From positions 1-50,416 of IMG/VR virus record IMGVR_UViG_3300033145_001556: a stretch of DNA of 50,416 bases; one strand, written 5' to 3'. Source of the DNA: a virus. Lineage: Duplodnaviria > Caudoviricetes. Each line of letters begins with the position of its first letter. The stretch's first letter is position 1. The translations under genes and the position numbers were made by a program. The notes under the pieces were generated by a model, which was not told the DNA's origin, searched no databases, and saw only the letters and a list, made by a program, of their open reading frames with translations. Below are positions 42,340 through 50,416 of this stretch, piece after piece.

Positions 42340-43911
42340 CTAGAACCCGCCCGTGTCCGCCATGGCCCGCCCCGTCGCGTCCGAGCTCCCGCCGCTCTCG
42401 CCCTCGAAGGCCCGCTCCCCGTGGTCCCAGAGGTGCACGGTCATGTCGACCTGGTCGTCGGCGGGATCGCCGACCCCGGTGAAGCGACAGACCTCGTCGA
42501 GGTAGCCGTCGAGCCAGGGGAGGTCGGCCTTGGCCAGGTTCACGCGAGCTCGGTCGCGGTCGAGCCAAGGCGCTTCGGGATGCGCGTTCACCTCCTGCTC
42601 GAGAGCCGCGAAGGCCGGGTCAGCGCTGGCGCCCTGCTCGGGCACGATGATGCGCCCGCGGTTCCAGGCGGCGGCGGGCATCTGCGAGCGCACGAACTTC
42701 GACGTGTCGGGGTGCGTCTCGATGATGGTCAGGTCGCGGTTCAGGCGGCGGAGCGTCTGCGGCACCGACTTGAAGGCCCCCACGGACTCGATGACGATCG
42801 GGGTCAGCGGGAAGCCCAGCCGCTCGAGCCGGAACTCCAGCGCCAGCAGGAAGTCGACCAGGTCGGGTACCTCGAGCTGCACCTGCCACACCCGGCGGAC
42901 GTACAGGCGCATCTCGTCGCTCCACCCCCAGTACGCGCCGATCCCGATGGCGGAGTGGTCGGCGGACGTCTTCTCGGTGGCGGCCGGGTCGACGGCGATC
43001 GCGAGGCGGGCGCCCTTCAGGTTCAGCGGTACCGGGTACCGCGCCGGGTCCCGGAACAGCAGCGAGCCCTGGGGCCGCGGGCGCTGCATGTATTGCGACC
43101 ACCAATTGTACTCCTCGATGTCCGCGCGGATGGTGCCAAGGGCGTCCAGCCCGAATCGCTGGGGCCAGAGCGGCTGCCCCTGGGTGTTGATGGCGGGGAG
43201 GGTGATGCGCCGCCAGCGCTTGTCGCCACGCTTGGCGGCCTGGGCGGCGATACGGGCAATGAGGTCGTCATCGTTCCAGCGCTGGTGTGTGATGATGGCC
43301 GACCCGCCCGGCTCAAGGCGGTTGCGTAGCGTGCCCGTGTACCAGTCCCACACCTCCCGCCGACGCGCCGCGCTCTCGGCCTCCGCGCGGTCCTTGAAGG
43401 GGTCATCGATGACCAAGACGTTGACGCCCTTGCCGGTGACGTTGCCCTTGCGGCCGACGGCCAGGAACCCACCGCCGCCGGCGACCTGCCAGAAGCGGGC
43501 GCTCGCCGACGGGTCGAAGGCGTCCTCGAGGGTCTGCTCCTGGCCGACGAAGATGCCGGCCCGGGCCGCGGTGGCTCGCGCGATCTTCGACTGGTCGCGT
43601 GCGAAGTCGCCGGAGTAGGTGGCGTAAGTGACGATGTGGGTGGGGTTCCAGCGCAGGTGGCGCGCGGCGCCGTGGAAGACGATCTCCGACTTGCCGTGGC
43701 GTGGCGGAGCCTCGACCAGGGCGAAGACCTCCTCCCCGCGCTCGATGTCATCCCAGAGGTCGAGCACCGGCTGCAGGTGCCGGGGTGCGACGTACCAGGG
43801 AGTGGTCCGCTCGATGAAGAGCCCGAGGTCGGTGCGGGCGCGTCGCTCGTCGAGGCGCCAGCGCACCATGGCGCGCGACCGGACGCTGCCGTCAAGCTCG
43901 ACTGGGGTCAC
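42340..43911 (-). CDS. terL: Terminase large subunit
   Basis: APPRHGKS (Walker A), LVIDDP (Walker B), HQRWNDDDL, YMQRP, AVDPA, DDQVD. Confidence 0.96.
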   Translation of the reverse strand: MTPVELDGSVRSRAMVRWRLDERRARTDLGLFIERTTPWYVAPRHLQPVLDLWDDIERGEEVFALVEAPPRHGKSEIVFHGAARHLRWNPTHIVTYATYSGDFARDQSKIARATAARAGIFVGQEQTLEDAFDPSASARFWQVAGGGGFLAVGRKGNVTGKGVNVLVIDDPFKDRAEAESAARRREVWDWYTGTLRNRLEPGGSAIITHQRWNDDDLIARIAAQAAKRGDKRWRRITLPAINTQGQPLWPQRFGLDALGTIRADIEEYNWWSQYMQRPRPQGSLLFRDPARYPVPLNLKGARLAIAVDPAATEKTSADHSAIGIGAYWGWSDEMRLYVRRVWQVQLEVPDLVDFLLALEFRLERLGFPLTPIVIESVGAFKSVPQTLRRLNRDLTIIETHPDTSKFVRSQMPAAAWNRGRIIVPEQGASADPAFAALEQEVNAHPEAPWLDRDRARVNLAKADLPWLDGYLDEVCRFTGVGDPADDQVDMTVHLWDHGERAFEGESGGSSDATGRAMADTGGF

Positions 43912-44398
43912 CGTTGCCCCGCTCCCGTAGGCGCTCGGGCGTCCTGCCAGAGTTGAGGTACTCCCTCATCTCCTCGTCCGTCCACTCCTCGAGTGGATCC
44001 CTGTGGACGTGCACCTCGTGCTTCTGCCGCTGCCAGAGTTCGCCCATGTGCTCGAGGATGGTGCGCAGCGCCTGCACGCGGTCGTTGCCGTCGGCCTCAC
44101 CGATCTGCCGGAGGCGGACTCGCACCAGGTTCACGAGCGCCTGGCGGTCCTCGGTGGTCAGCTCGAGCAGGCGGGATGCCTCCGCCGACATGTCGCGGAC
44201 CGACACCTCCGACAGCTCCCACTCCTCCGCGAGCTCGGCGGCGGTGGTGCCGCGCTCCCACTCGCCCGCGGCCATCAGCATGGCGATTCGGTAGACCCTC
44301 CGGGTCTTGGTGTTGCGGTCGGCACGCGTGCGCGCGCTGCGCGGGTTGCTGGTGGGTGGGGGTGCCTTGGCGCCCCTCTTCTTGGTGTCCGACCGCAT
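43892..44398 (-). CDS. Putative terminase small subunit
   Basis: HTH-like TAAELAEEWELSEVSVR; ...WTDEEM... C-terminus; overlaps the terL start. Confidence 0.7.
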   Translation of the reverse strand: MRSDTKKRGAKAPPPTSNPRSARTRADRNTKTRRVYRIAMLMAAGEWERGTTAAELAEEWELSEVSVRDMSAEASRLLELTTEDRQALVNLVRVRLRQIGEADGNDRVQALRTILEHMGELWQRQKHEVHVHRDPLEEWTDEEMREYLNSGRTPERLRERGNGDPSRA

Positions 44399-44543
44399 GG
44401 CCGGGTATGAGTGTAGCACTGAACGCCGGAGCAGTGGCGTCCGGTAGAGGGCTGGATGTTTGACGAGACCCTCGCGGACGCTCACGATCGGGCAGTCCAA
44501 CGAGTGGCGGCCCCCCTCTCGCGATGACCTGAAGGAGGTCCCC

Positions 44544-44717
44544 ATGAAGCGAATCCAGTCCTCGAGGCCGTCAACTCTGAACCAGCCACGCAACGTCTGC
44601 GTCGCACTGCCGGCCAAGCCTTGGTTGCCGATCGAGAAGTTCGGCGCAGTGTTGCTCGGTGCGGCGGTGCTGGCGTTCGCCGTTGGCGCGGCGCAACGCT
44701 TGGCAGCGCAGTCCTAG
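44544..44717 (+). CDS. Small antisense-oriented membrane peptide (57 aa)
   Basis: AAGGAGG 5 nt before the ATG; FGAVLLGAAVLAFAVGAA TM segment. Confidence 0.55.
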   Translation: MKRIQSSRPSTLNQPRNVCVALPAKPWLPIEKFGAVLLGAAVLAFAVGAAQRLAAQS

Positions 44718-44732
44718 CCCCTGGCCGGGCTA
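44715..44732. terminator. Short hairpin between converging genes
   Basis: TAGCCC-ctggcc-GGGCTA; no clear U-tract. Confidence 0.3.
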
Positions 44733-44764
44733 CTTCGGGACAGAGAGACTGGCTCCCCGCGCCA

Positions 44765-45760
44765 TCAGCCGTCCCTGAACTCCCTCAGCGCCCCCGGCTG
44801 CGCCTCCAGCTTCGCGAGCGCCTTCTGCTGGATCTGCCTCACCCGCTCCTTCGTGAGGTTGAGCATCACCGCGGTGGCCTCCATGGTCACCCCGCCGAGC
44901 TCGGCCACGTCGAGCAGACAGGTCTCGCCGAGCTCCCAAGGCTCGATGTCCGGGAAGAGGAGCTTGATACTGCCGCGGCCGCGCCCCGCCTCGAGGTACA
45001 GGTGGTACTTGCAGGAGACGAACGGGCAGGGGCGAGGGCCGTCCATGCAGTCCGCTCGGGTCCGCGGCTTCCAGCAGCAGTCGGTTTCCGGGTACTCAGC
45101 CCGGCCCCGCTTGAGCTGGCGCTTCAAGATGCGGGATCCCGTGATGGTCTTGGGCCGGGTCGGATGCCGGCGCTTGGAGGCGCCGCCCTGGATGTCCCGT
45201 GCTCGTGGCGTCTTCGGCGGCGGGAGGGGTTCGGGTGGGGGCGGGGCGGCGGCGGCCTCGAACGACCGGCGCGTCTTCCGCGGCTTCTCCGGGGCGCACG
45301 GGGCGTTTGGCTTGGGCTGGCATGGCGGCGCCTTCGAACGGTCCGTCTCGCTTGGCGTATCGGCGAGCCTTGTGCGGACGGGTGACGGACTTCGGTAGGT
45401 CGGGTCCTCGCGCCGGACCGCCTGCGTCAGCCACTCCCCGAACTCCCCCAGGGTTGGCGTGTCGAGCCACTTCTGCAGCACGCTCTGGAGGAACTGGACC
45501 TTCCAGTGATGGCGACCCGACCGCTTCGCCTTCGCTCGGCGACTCGATTCGCGACTGCTCTGCAGGCACGTCTCGCATCTCGTGTGCCCGGGGACGGGCG
45601 CCTTGCCGCACCGGCAACGCCCGCGGTCCCGATTCTTCCGGCGCTGGCTTCGGCGGTACTCGCGCCGCTTGGCCCGCGCGCACTCGCGACAGGTGTACAG
45701 CTGGCTGGGGAAGAAGTTCTCCGAGTCGTTCTCCCCACAACGGCAGACGTACTTGGGCAC
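44765..45760 (-). CDS. Zn-finger + sigma70 region-4 HTH protein; putative late-gene regulator
   Basis: N-terminal CxC/CxxC pairs; PRTRADCMDGPRPCPFVSCKYHLY; TMEATAVMLNLTKERVRQIQQKALAKL. Confidence 0.8.
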   Translation of the reverse strand: MPKYVCRCGENDSENFFPSQLYTCRECARAKRREYRRSQRRKNRDRGRCRCGKAPVPGHTRCETCLQSSRESSRRAKAKRSGRHHWKVQFLQSVLQKWLDTPTLGEFGEWLTQAVRREDPTYRSPSPVRTRLADTPSETDRSKAPPCQPKPNAPCAPEKPRKTRRSFEAAAAPPPPEPLPPPKTPRARDIQGGASKRRHPTRPKTITGSRILKRQLKRGRAEYPETDCCWKPRTRADCMDGPRPCPFVSCKYHLYLEAGRGRGSIKLLFPDIEPWELGETCLLDVAELGGVTMEATAVMLNLTKERVRQIQQKALAKLEAQPGALREFRDG

Positions 45761-45778
45761 GACCGCATCTCCGCCGCA

Positions 45779-46279
45779 TCAGCGCCGGCGGAGCTCCTGC
45801 TCGCACGCGAAGGCCAGGGCGACGGCGTCCGCGGCGTCCTTGCGGAGCCGCTTCCGACCGGTCAGCAGCTGCACGCGCTGCTTGATGGGCGCCTTGCCGG
45901 CGCGCCCTGCTCCCGGACCGAGCAGGGCGATCTTGGCGCGCGCGGGGCTGACCTCGAGGTAGGGGACGCCGTAGGCGAGGCAGCAGCCCTTGGCGAGGCC
46001 CACCACCTGGTTGACCTTCGAGGTGTCCGCCGTGAACCGGTCGCTCTTCGCTTGGGACACCTGAGCCTGCTCCTGGTGCTCGATGCACAGCGCCAGGGGG
46101 CGGTGAGCCCGGAGCACCCGGGAAAGCGCCGTCCAGATCTGCTCGAGCCGGAGCTTGAGCGGGTCGGCGGGCTTGGTGACGACGGCCTCGACCACCAGCA
46201 CCTCGACGTGCTGGCCCTCGCGCCCAATGACGCTGATGCCAGCCACGAGGCCAGGGTCGAAGCCGCCGTACACGTTCAC
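45779..46279 (-). CDS. ruvC: RuvC-like Holliday junction resolvase
   Basis: GFDPG, LCIE, SPARAKIALLG...AGK, DAADAVALA. Confidence 0.85.
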   Translation of the reverse strand: MNVYGGFDPGLVAGISVIGREGQHVEVLVVEAVVTKPADPLKLRLEQIWTALSRVLRAHRPLALCIEHQEQAQVSQAKSDRFTADTSKVNQVVGLAKGCCLAYGVPYLEVSPARAKIALLGPGAGRAGKAPIKQRVQLLTGRKRLRKDAADAVALAFACEQELRRR

Positions 46280-46563
46280 TGTCGCCGGGTCTCCCGGCAT
46301 CGAGCCCGGAACCGCTCCGCCGCCTCCTGGTCGTCCCAATCCCAACTCGTCAGCAGCCACCAGTCGAAGCCCGCCCAATGCTCGCCTGGGTTGCAGTTTG
46401 GACAACCCAGGGGCGCGGTTTGTCGCCGGGTCTCCGGGAGCCAGAACCGGCACTCGCAGTCCGGGCAGACCAACCACTCGGACGCCTCCGGCGGTGGTTC
46501 GGCGTTCTTGCGTGGTGGCATGTCGAGCGCGTAGCCGCCGCGGCTGTTGCGGATGGCGCGCAT
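46276..46563 (-). CDS. Small Zn-ribbon protein
   Basis: CPDC...CPNC; overlaps both neighbours. Confidence 0.6.
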   Translation of the reverse strand: MRAIRNSRGGYALDMPPRKNAEPPPEASEWLVCPDCECRFWLPETRRQTAPLGCPNCNPGEHWAGFDWWLLTSWDWDDQEAAERFRARCRETRRQ

Positions 46564-47078
46564 CAGTGAGCGGTGGGGGCTACCGGCTGGCGCTTGCCCT
46601 TCGGGGCCTTCTTGCCGGGTGGGTAGCGCTCCTGACCGGGGTCGCTCCCGGCTTCCGCCTCCGCCGCATCGTCCTCGTCCTCGTCCTCCTGGTCGTCGCC
46701 GGCGTCGTCCTGGTCATTGCTGGCACCTGCAGCCTTGAACAGGTCGCCCTGGCGCTCGTCCGCCGTCATCGGCCGTTCCTCGATGACCTGGTCGTCGCTG
46801 ACCTGAACGAGCTGGACCACGTCCCGGTCCTCGCAGGGCCGCTCGTAGACCTCGATGTCCTCGCCGTCCTTGCCGGTCTGGATGGCCGCGACCAGGTCGC
46901 GCATCGACTGCCGGATGCCCTTGAGGTCGGCGTTGTAGTCCGCCATGGCCTCGCTCTTCTCGGCCTTCTTCGAGAAGAGCGCCTGGTTGACCCCGACCAG
47001 CTTGTCCTTGCGCTGAGCGACCTCCTCGTCGCTGAGGTCGGTCTCCACTCGCTTCTTGAACGTCTTCGGCTTCGCCAT
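46563..47078 (-). CDS. Hypothetical phage protein with acidic tail
   Basis: AAAGGA RBS; coiled coil; RPMTADERQGDLF. Confidence 0.7.
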   Translation of the reverse strand: MAKPKTFKKRVETDLSDEEVAQRKDKLVGVNQALFSKKAEKSEAMADYNADLKGIRQSMRDLVAAIQTGKDGEDIEVYERPCEDRDVVQLVQVSDDQVIEERPMTADERQGDLFKAAGASNDQDDAGDDQEDEDEDDAAEAEAGSDPGQERYPPGKKAPKGKRQPVAPTAH

Positions 47079-47117
47079 CGGATCGGTCCTTTCCGCCGCC
47101 CCTCAGGCGGCCATGAG

Positions 47118-47357
47118 TCAGATTGCGCGCAGGTGCCGCTGCCGGTTGGCCGCGCACCGGTTGGAGTGCTGCTCGGCGATGCGGGCCCGGAGGTGCGCGA
47201 TCTTCCGCTCGAGGCGCCACTTCTGGTCGAGCAGTTCGAGCACCGCGTCGGTGCAGCCGGAGATCAGGCCGAGCTCGCGCTTCACGTGGACGAGCCCCAA
47301 GTGGAGCCCCTGCAGCTCCCTCTGCAGCGACCAGCCCAGCTCGCGCTGCGCCGGCAT
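47118..47357 (-). CDS. Small hypothetical protein
   Basis: GGAGG RBS; TGATG coupling with the upstream ORF. Confidence 0.5.
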   Translation of the reverse strand: MPAQRELGWSLQRELQGLHLGLVHVKRELGLISGCTDAVLELLDQKWRLERKIAHLRARIAEQHSNRCAANRQRHLRAI

Positions 47358-47611
47358 CAGTCCTTGTCCTCCACCAGGTCGTCGAGCTCGTCGGGCGGGG
47401 GGCGTGGGGGGCTGACGTTCGGGCAGACGTCCTCGACGTCGAGATCCCAGTCGCGGATCTCCCGCCAGCACAGCTGGCGCACCATGGCCGCGAATGCCTC
47501 CTTCTTGAAACGAGCCAACTTACGGAAGGCCGCCCGTTCCTCGCAGTTGACCATGACCTTCATGACGCAGTTGCGGTGGCGGCCTGGGCCGAGCGCGGGT
47601 TCGTTGTTCAT
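47357..47611 (-). CDS. Small ribbon-helix-helix-like DNA-binding protein
   Basis: KVMVNCEERAAFRKLA...FAAMVRQL; AGGAGG RBS. Confidence 0.5.
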   Translation of the reverse strand: MNNEPALGPGRHRNCVMKVMVNCEERAAFRKLARFKKEAFAAMVRQLCWREIRDWDLDVEDVCPNVSPPRPPPDELDDLVEDKD

Positions 47612-47781
47612 TCGGGCCTCCTGGGTCGGGCGGGCTTCACCCCGCGGCGAAGTAGCTCCTCGAATACGGCCCGGTGCTGCTGCTCGAGGCGCTTCTGCTC
47701 AGCGCGCAGTTGCGCCAGGTCGCGTCGGCGCGCGTGGTACAGGCCGATCAGGGTCTCGACGGTGCAGTCGATGAGGCTCAC
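47608..47781 (-). CDS. Small coiled-coil protein (57 aa; absent from the ORF track)
   Basis: MSLIDCTVETLIGLYHARRRDLAQLRAEQKRLEQQ...; overlaps both the dnaB stop and the next start. Confidence 0.55.
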   Translation of the reverse strand: MSLIDCTVETLIGLYHARRRDLAQLRAEQKRLEQQHRAVFEELLRRGVKPARPRRPE

Positions 47782-49163
47782 AGCGGCTCCTCCCCGTAGG
47801 GCAGCTCCGGCTCTTCCTCGGTGAAGGTCAGGTGCCGCCCGTCGAACTTGCAGCGGTGGACGTCCGGGCCGCAGTGCCGCCCCTTGGCGACCACGAGCTC
47901 GGCTTCGCCCGTCCGCTCCTCCGGCGGCAGATACGGGTCCTGGCGGTGAATGAACATCACCACGTCGGCGTCCTGCTCGAGCGCGCCGCTCTCGCGGAGG
48001 TCGTGCAGCTCCGGGCGCTTGGGGCGCTCACCCTTCTTGGGGCGTGACATCTGCGATAGCGCCAGCACGCACACCCCGAACTCTTTGGCCAGGCGCTTGA
48101 GCTGGCGGCTGATGTGGGTGAGCTCGGTGTTGCGGTTGTCGCCCGGGGCGTCCGCGTCCATCAGCTGGGTGTGGTCGATGATGACCAGCTTCACCTCGAC
48201 CTCCGGGAAGCGCTTGCGCAGCGCCGCGGTGTGGCGCCGGAGCTTGCTGCGGAGCTTGGTGGGGGTGAGCTGAGCGCCGTCGTCGACGATGATGGGTAGG
48301 CGCGCGAGCTCGGCGAGCTGCTCGGTCAGGGCCGACCAGTGAGCGGTGGTCAGTCTGCCGGAGCGCAGGAGCGAGTGCGGGATCCGGGCCCGGCGCGACA
48401 CGCTCCGGAGCATCAGGTCGAGCAGTGGCATCTCCAGGGTGAAGTCGACCACCCCCCAGCCGAGGCTGCCGGCGTGCTCCCCGGCCTGCCTCACCCAGGT
48501 GCTCTTGCCGGCGCCCGGGCGACCCCCCACGAACCACAGGTGACCGGCTTCCATGCCTCCCACGTGGTTGTCCAGGGCGGTGAAGCCCGTCGGCACGCCA
48601 GTGTAGCCCGGTCCGCGCGCGGCGGTCTCGACCCACCGCATCGCCAGGCGGGTCATCTCCTGGTAGTCGGCGACCGTGTCGCGGCCCGGCGCGTCCTCGG
48701 TGGTGATGCGGTAGACGTCGGCCTCGCACCGCTCGAGCCACTCACCGACGTCGCCGACGTCGCCGCGGGCCTCACCCGCCAGCCGCTGGAACACGGCTGC
48801 CGCGCGGCGCGCTCGCGCCAGGTCGAGTACGGTGCGGGCGTGCTGCTCCGGGTGGGCCAGAGTCGGCACGCTGTCGACCAGGTTCAGGATGTACGGGGTG
48901 CCGCCTACCCGTTCGAGCTTGCCCTCGGCCCGCAGGCGGCTGCTGACGGCCACGGTGTCGACCTGCTCGCCTTCGCCCACGAGGTCGACGATGGCTCCCC
49001 ACATCCAGCGGTTCGAGCGGAGGAGGAAGTCGTCCGGCCGTAGCATCGGGAGCAGTTCGTCCAGCGCTTCAGAGCTGAGCATGCAAGCGCTGAGAACCAC
49101 GGCCTCGGCCTCAGGGTCGTGACGGGGCGGAGGTTCCTGGAAGGGGCGGTTCATCCGCGCCAC
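47778..49163 (-). CDS. dnaB: Replicative DNA helicase DnaB
   Basis: EAEAVVLSA, GVPTGF, GGRPGAGKS, LEM, IIDHTQLM, LSQMSR, DLRESGALEQDADVV. Confidence 0.96.
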   Translation of the reverse strand: MARMNRPFQEPPPRHDPEAEAVVLSACMLSSEALDELLPMLRPDDFLLRSNRWMWGAIVDLVGEGEQVDTVAVSSRLRAEGKLERVGGTPYILNLVDSVPTLAHPEQHARTVLDLARARRAAAVFQRLAGEARGDVGDVGEWLERCEADVYRITTEDAPGRDTVADYQEMTRLAMRWVETAARGPGYTGVPTGFTALDNHVGGMEAGHLWFVGGRPGAGKSTWVRQAGEHAGSLGWGVVDFTLEMPLLDLMLRSVSRRARIPHSLLRSGRLTTAHWSALTEQLAELARLPIIVDDGAQLTPTKLRSKLRRHTAALRKRFPEVEVKLVIIDHTQLMDADAPGDNRNTELTHISRQLKRLAKEFGVCVLALSQMSRPKKGERPKRPELHDLRESGALEQDADVVMFIHRQDPYLPPEERTGEAELVVAKGRHCGPDVHRCKFDGRHLTFTEEEPELPYGEEPL

Positions 49164-50182
49164 TCCTTCGTAAGGGCCTCGAGCTGCTCACGCACCTCAG
49201 GGGGCATCGGCACGGCCTCTCCCTCGGGCTCGTCGGCCTCGCGGATCTCTGGGCCGCGGGCTCGGGCAGCCTGTTCCCGGCGCTCCCGGCGCTGGCGGCC
49301 CGCCTCGAGCAGGGTCTCGTAGCGCTCCCGGTTGCCGAAGACGAAGCTCACCGTCTGGCGGTGGCCGTCGCCCTGGTACCACTCATTGGCGCTCACCTCG
49401 AGCAGGACGTCCTCGAAGTCCTGGCGGGTCGCCCCCTGCTGGAAGAGCTCCCGGATCGTCAGGGTGCGCGGGTCATCGAGCCGGGCGTTGGGCTTGCGGA
49501 GGACGTCGCGGTATCGGGCGAAAACCGTGGAGACTTCCGCGTCGATTCCGTCCCTTTCCCTGAATTGTTCTCCAAAGAAGTCTCGTCTTCCCTCACTCAC
49601 TCCGCGGGCGCCTGGGCCTGCGCTGCCTATCAGGTCTTGAGAGTGTGTGTTCAGAACACCGGGAACGGGAACGGGAACGGGCTCCGGGGGGGAGGGGGTC
49701 CGGGGGAGGGGGGTGTCGTTTGCTTGGCGGGTTTGCTCCGCTTTGCTTGGCGGGTTTGCTCCGCTTTGCTTGGCGGGTTTGCTCCGCTTTGCTTCCGCAG
49801 ACCGCCGGCCCCCTCGTCGCCCGGCCTCCGCACGCTTGCGGCTGAGATTGGCATCCGGGGCGGTGGTGAACCGGGGGTCGGGGTCGTACGTCGGCGGGCC
49901 GTACTGGTCGGCGTCGTGAATGAGCCAGCCCCCGTCGGCAGGCTCGATGATGCCTACCTGGTGCAGGGGCTTGCCGGCGTCGCGGAGTTCCTCAAGCAGG
50001 CGAGTGGTCTTGCGCGCAGTGTGCCCCGACAGCTGGCGAACCATGTCGGCCGGGACGAAGCCCGCGGTGCCCTTGCCTGCTGCCCAGCACATGAGGCGGA
50101 AGGCGAACTTGAACGCCTCGCCGGACAGCGGGGCCCACTTCGCGTGCTGGGTCAGGCCGTCGTCGATGCGCAGCCAGCTCAC
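49151..50182 (-). CDS. Phage replication initiator (lambda-O-like organisation)
   Basis: SWLRIDD...HAK N-terminus, RAEAGRRGG, internal iterons, PVPVPVP linker; upstream of dnaB. Confidence 0.8.
   Translation of the reverse strand: MSWLRIDDGLTQHAKWAPLSGEAFKFAFRLMCWAAGKGTAGFVPADMVRQLSGHTARKTTRLLEELRDAGKPLHQVGIIEPADGGWLIHDADQYGPPTYDPDPRFTTAPDANLSRKRAEAGRRGGRRSAEAKRSKPAKQSGANPPSKAEQTRQANDTPLPRTPSPPEPVPVPVPGVLNTHSQDLIGSAGPGARGVSEGRRDFFGEQFRERDGIDAEVSTVFARYRDVLRKPNARLDDPRTLTIRELFQQGATRQDFEDVLLEVSANEWYQGDGHRQTVSFVFGNRERYETLLEAGRQRRERREQAARARGPEIREADEPEGEAVPMPPEVREQLEALTKEWRG
49719..49794. repeat. Iteron array, 3 perfect 23-bp copies (TTTGCTTGGCGGGTTTGCTCCGC) plus a partial copy; probable replication origin
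   Basis: Copies at 49719, 49742 and 49765, partial at 49788; inside the initiator gene. Confidence 0.85.
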
Positions 50183-50415
50183 GCGGATTCGCCTCCAGCC
50201 GTCAGGCCCAGCGCCTCGGCGGCCTCCTCCAGTAGCTCACGCATCTCCTCGGCCGCGGCTGCGTCACCCCGGCCCATCCGGTAGGCGACCTCTACGCCCC
50301 GCTCCAGGGCCTCCGCGGCCACGCTCTGGGCCTGATCCGCGCGATGGACCACGCGGTCCTTGTGAGGCGCGGAAGCCTTCGAGATCGTTGGCCCGCATTC
50401 GGCATTTTTAATCCG
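50179..50415 (-). CDS. Hypothetical protein, 5'-truncated by the window end
   Basis: Frame open to the edge; ends ...EEAAEALGLTAGGESA*, overlapping the initiator GTG. Confidence 0.5.
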   Translation of the reverse strand, partial: RIKNAECGPTISKASAPHKDRVVHRADQAQSVAAEALERGVEVAYRMGRGDAAAAEEMRELLEEAAEALGLTAGGESA

Positions 50416-50416
50416 T

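Larger units (their letters stand above)
1..50416. mobile_element. Tailed (myovirus-type) phage/prophage genome fragment: Mu-like morphogenesis genes with lambdoid-type replication genes
   Basis: Continuous terminase, portal, MuF, protease, capsid, sheath, tube, tape measure, baseplate and lysis genes, plus DnaB and an initiator; no host housekeeping genes; both ends fall inside ORFs. Confidence 0.95.

Noticed and set aside
42205-42340. Possible tRNA (T-arm-like hairpins)
   Set aside because: No TTCRA loop, and no cloverleaf or CCA end could be built
49719-49794. Possible CRISPR array
   Set aside because: Repeats are contiguous with no spacers, lie inside a CDS, and no cas genes are present

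Overview
The whole window is one GC-rich tailed phage or prophage genome fragment, cut inside a gene at both ends. The host is probably Myxococcota; this is an inference from a Gly/Cys-rich lipoprotein and a PRPCPFVSCKYHLY/sigma-region-4 protein. A short + strand early arm (ParB-like protein, SMC-like ATPase, small ORFs; 1-4235) converges on a long - strand arm. That arm runs: replication initiator with iterons, DnaB, RuvC-like resolvase, sigma-4-like activator, terminase, head-spike pair, Mu-like head genes, contractile tail/baseplate, receptor-binding proteins, lysis genes. No integrase, transposase or repressor is visible. Accessory inserts are a ParB/HEPN-like + Dam-type methylase pair, an FRG-domain gene and a lipoprotein cassette. 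The most striking locus is 34.7-39.1 kb. The portal gene has an in-frame C CCT TTA slippery site whose -1 frame runs without stops into MuF. MuF carries a 275-aa intein and a C-terminal HExxH metallopeptidase, followed by a small immunity-like ORF. The intein's homing-endonuclease-like protein (HTH + DUF559/Vsr-like) is encoded on the opposite strand, wholly inside the intein, with its own candidate promoter. All calls come from reading motifs by eye; no searches were run.
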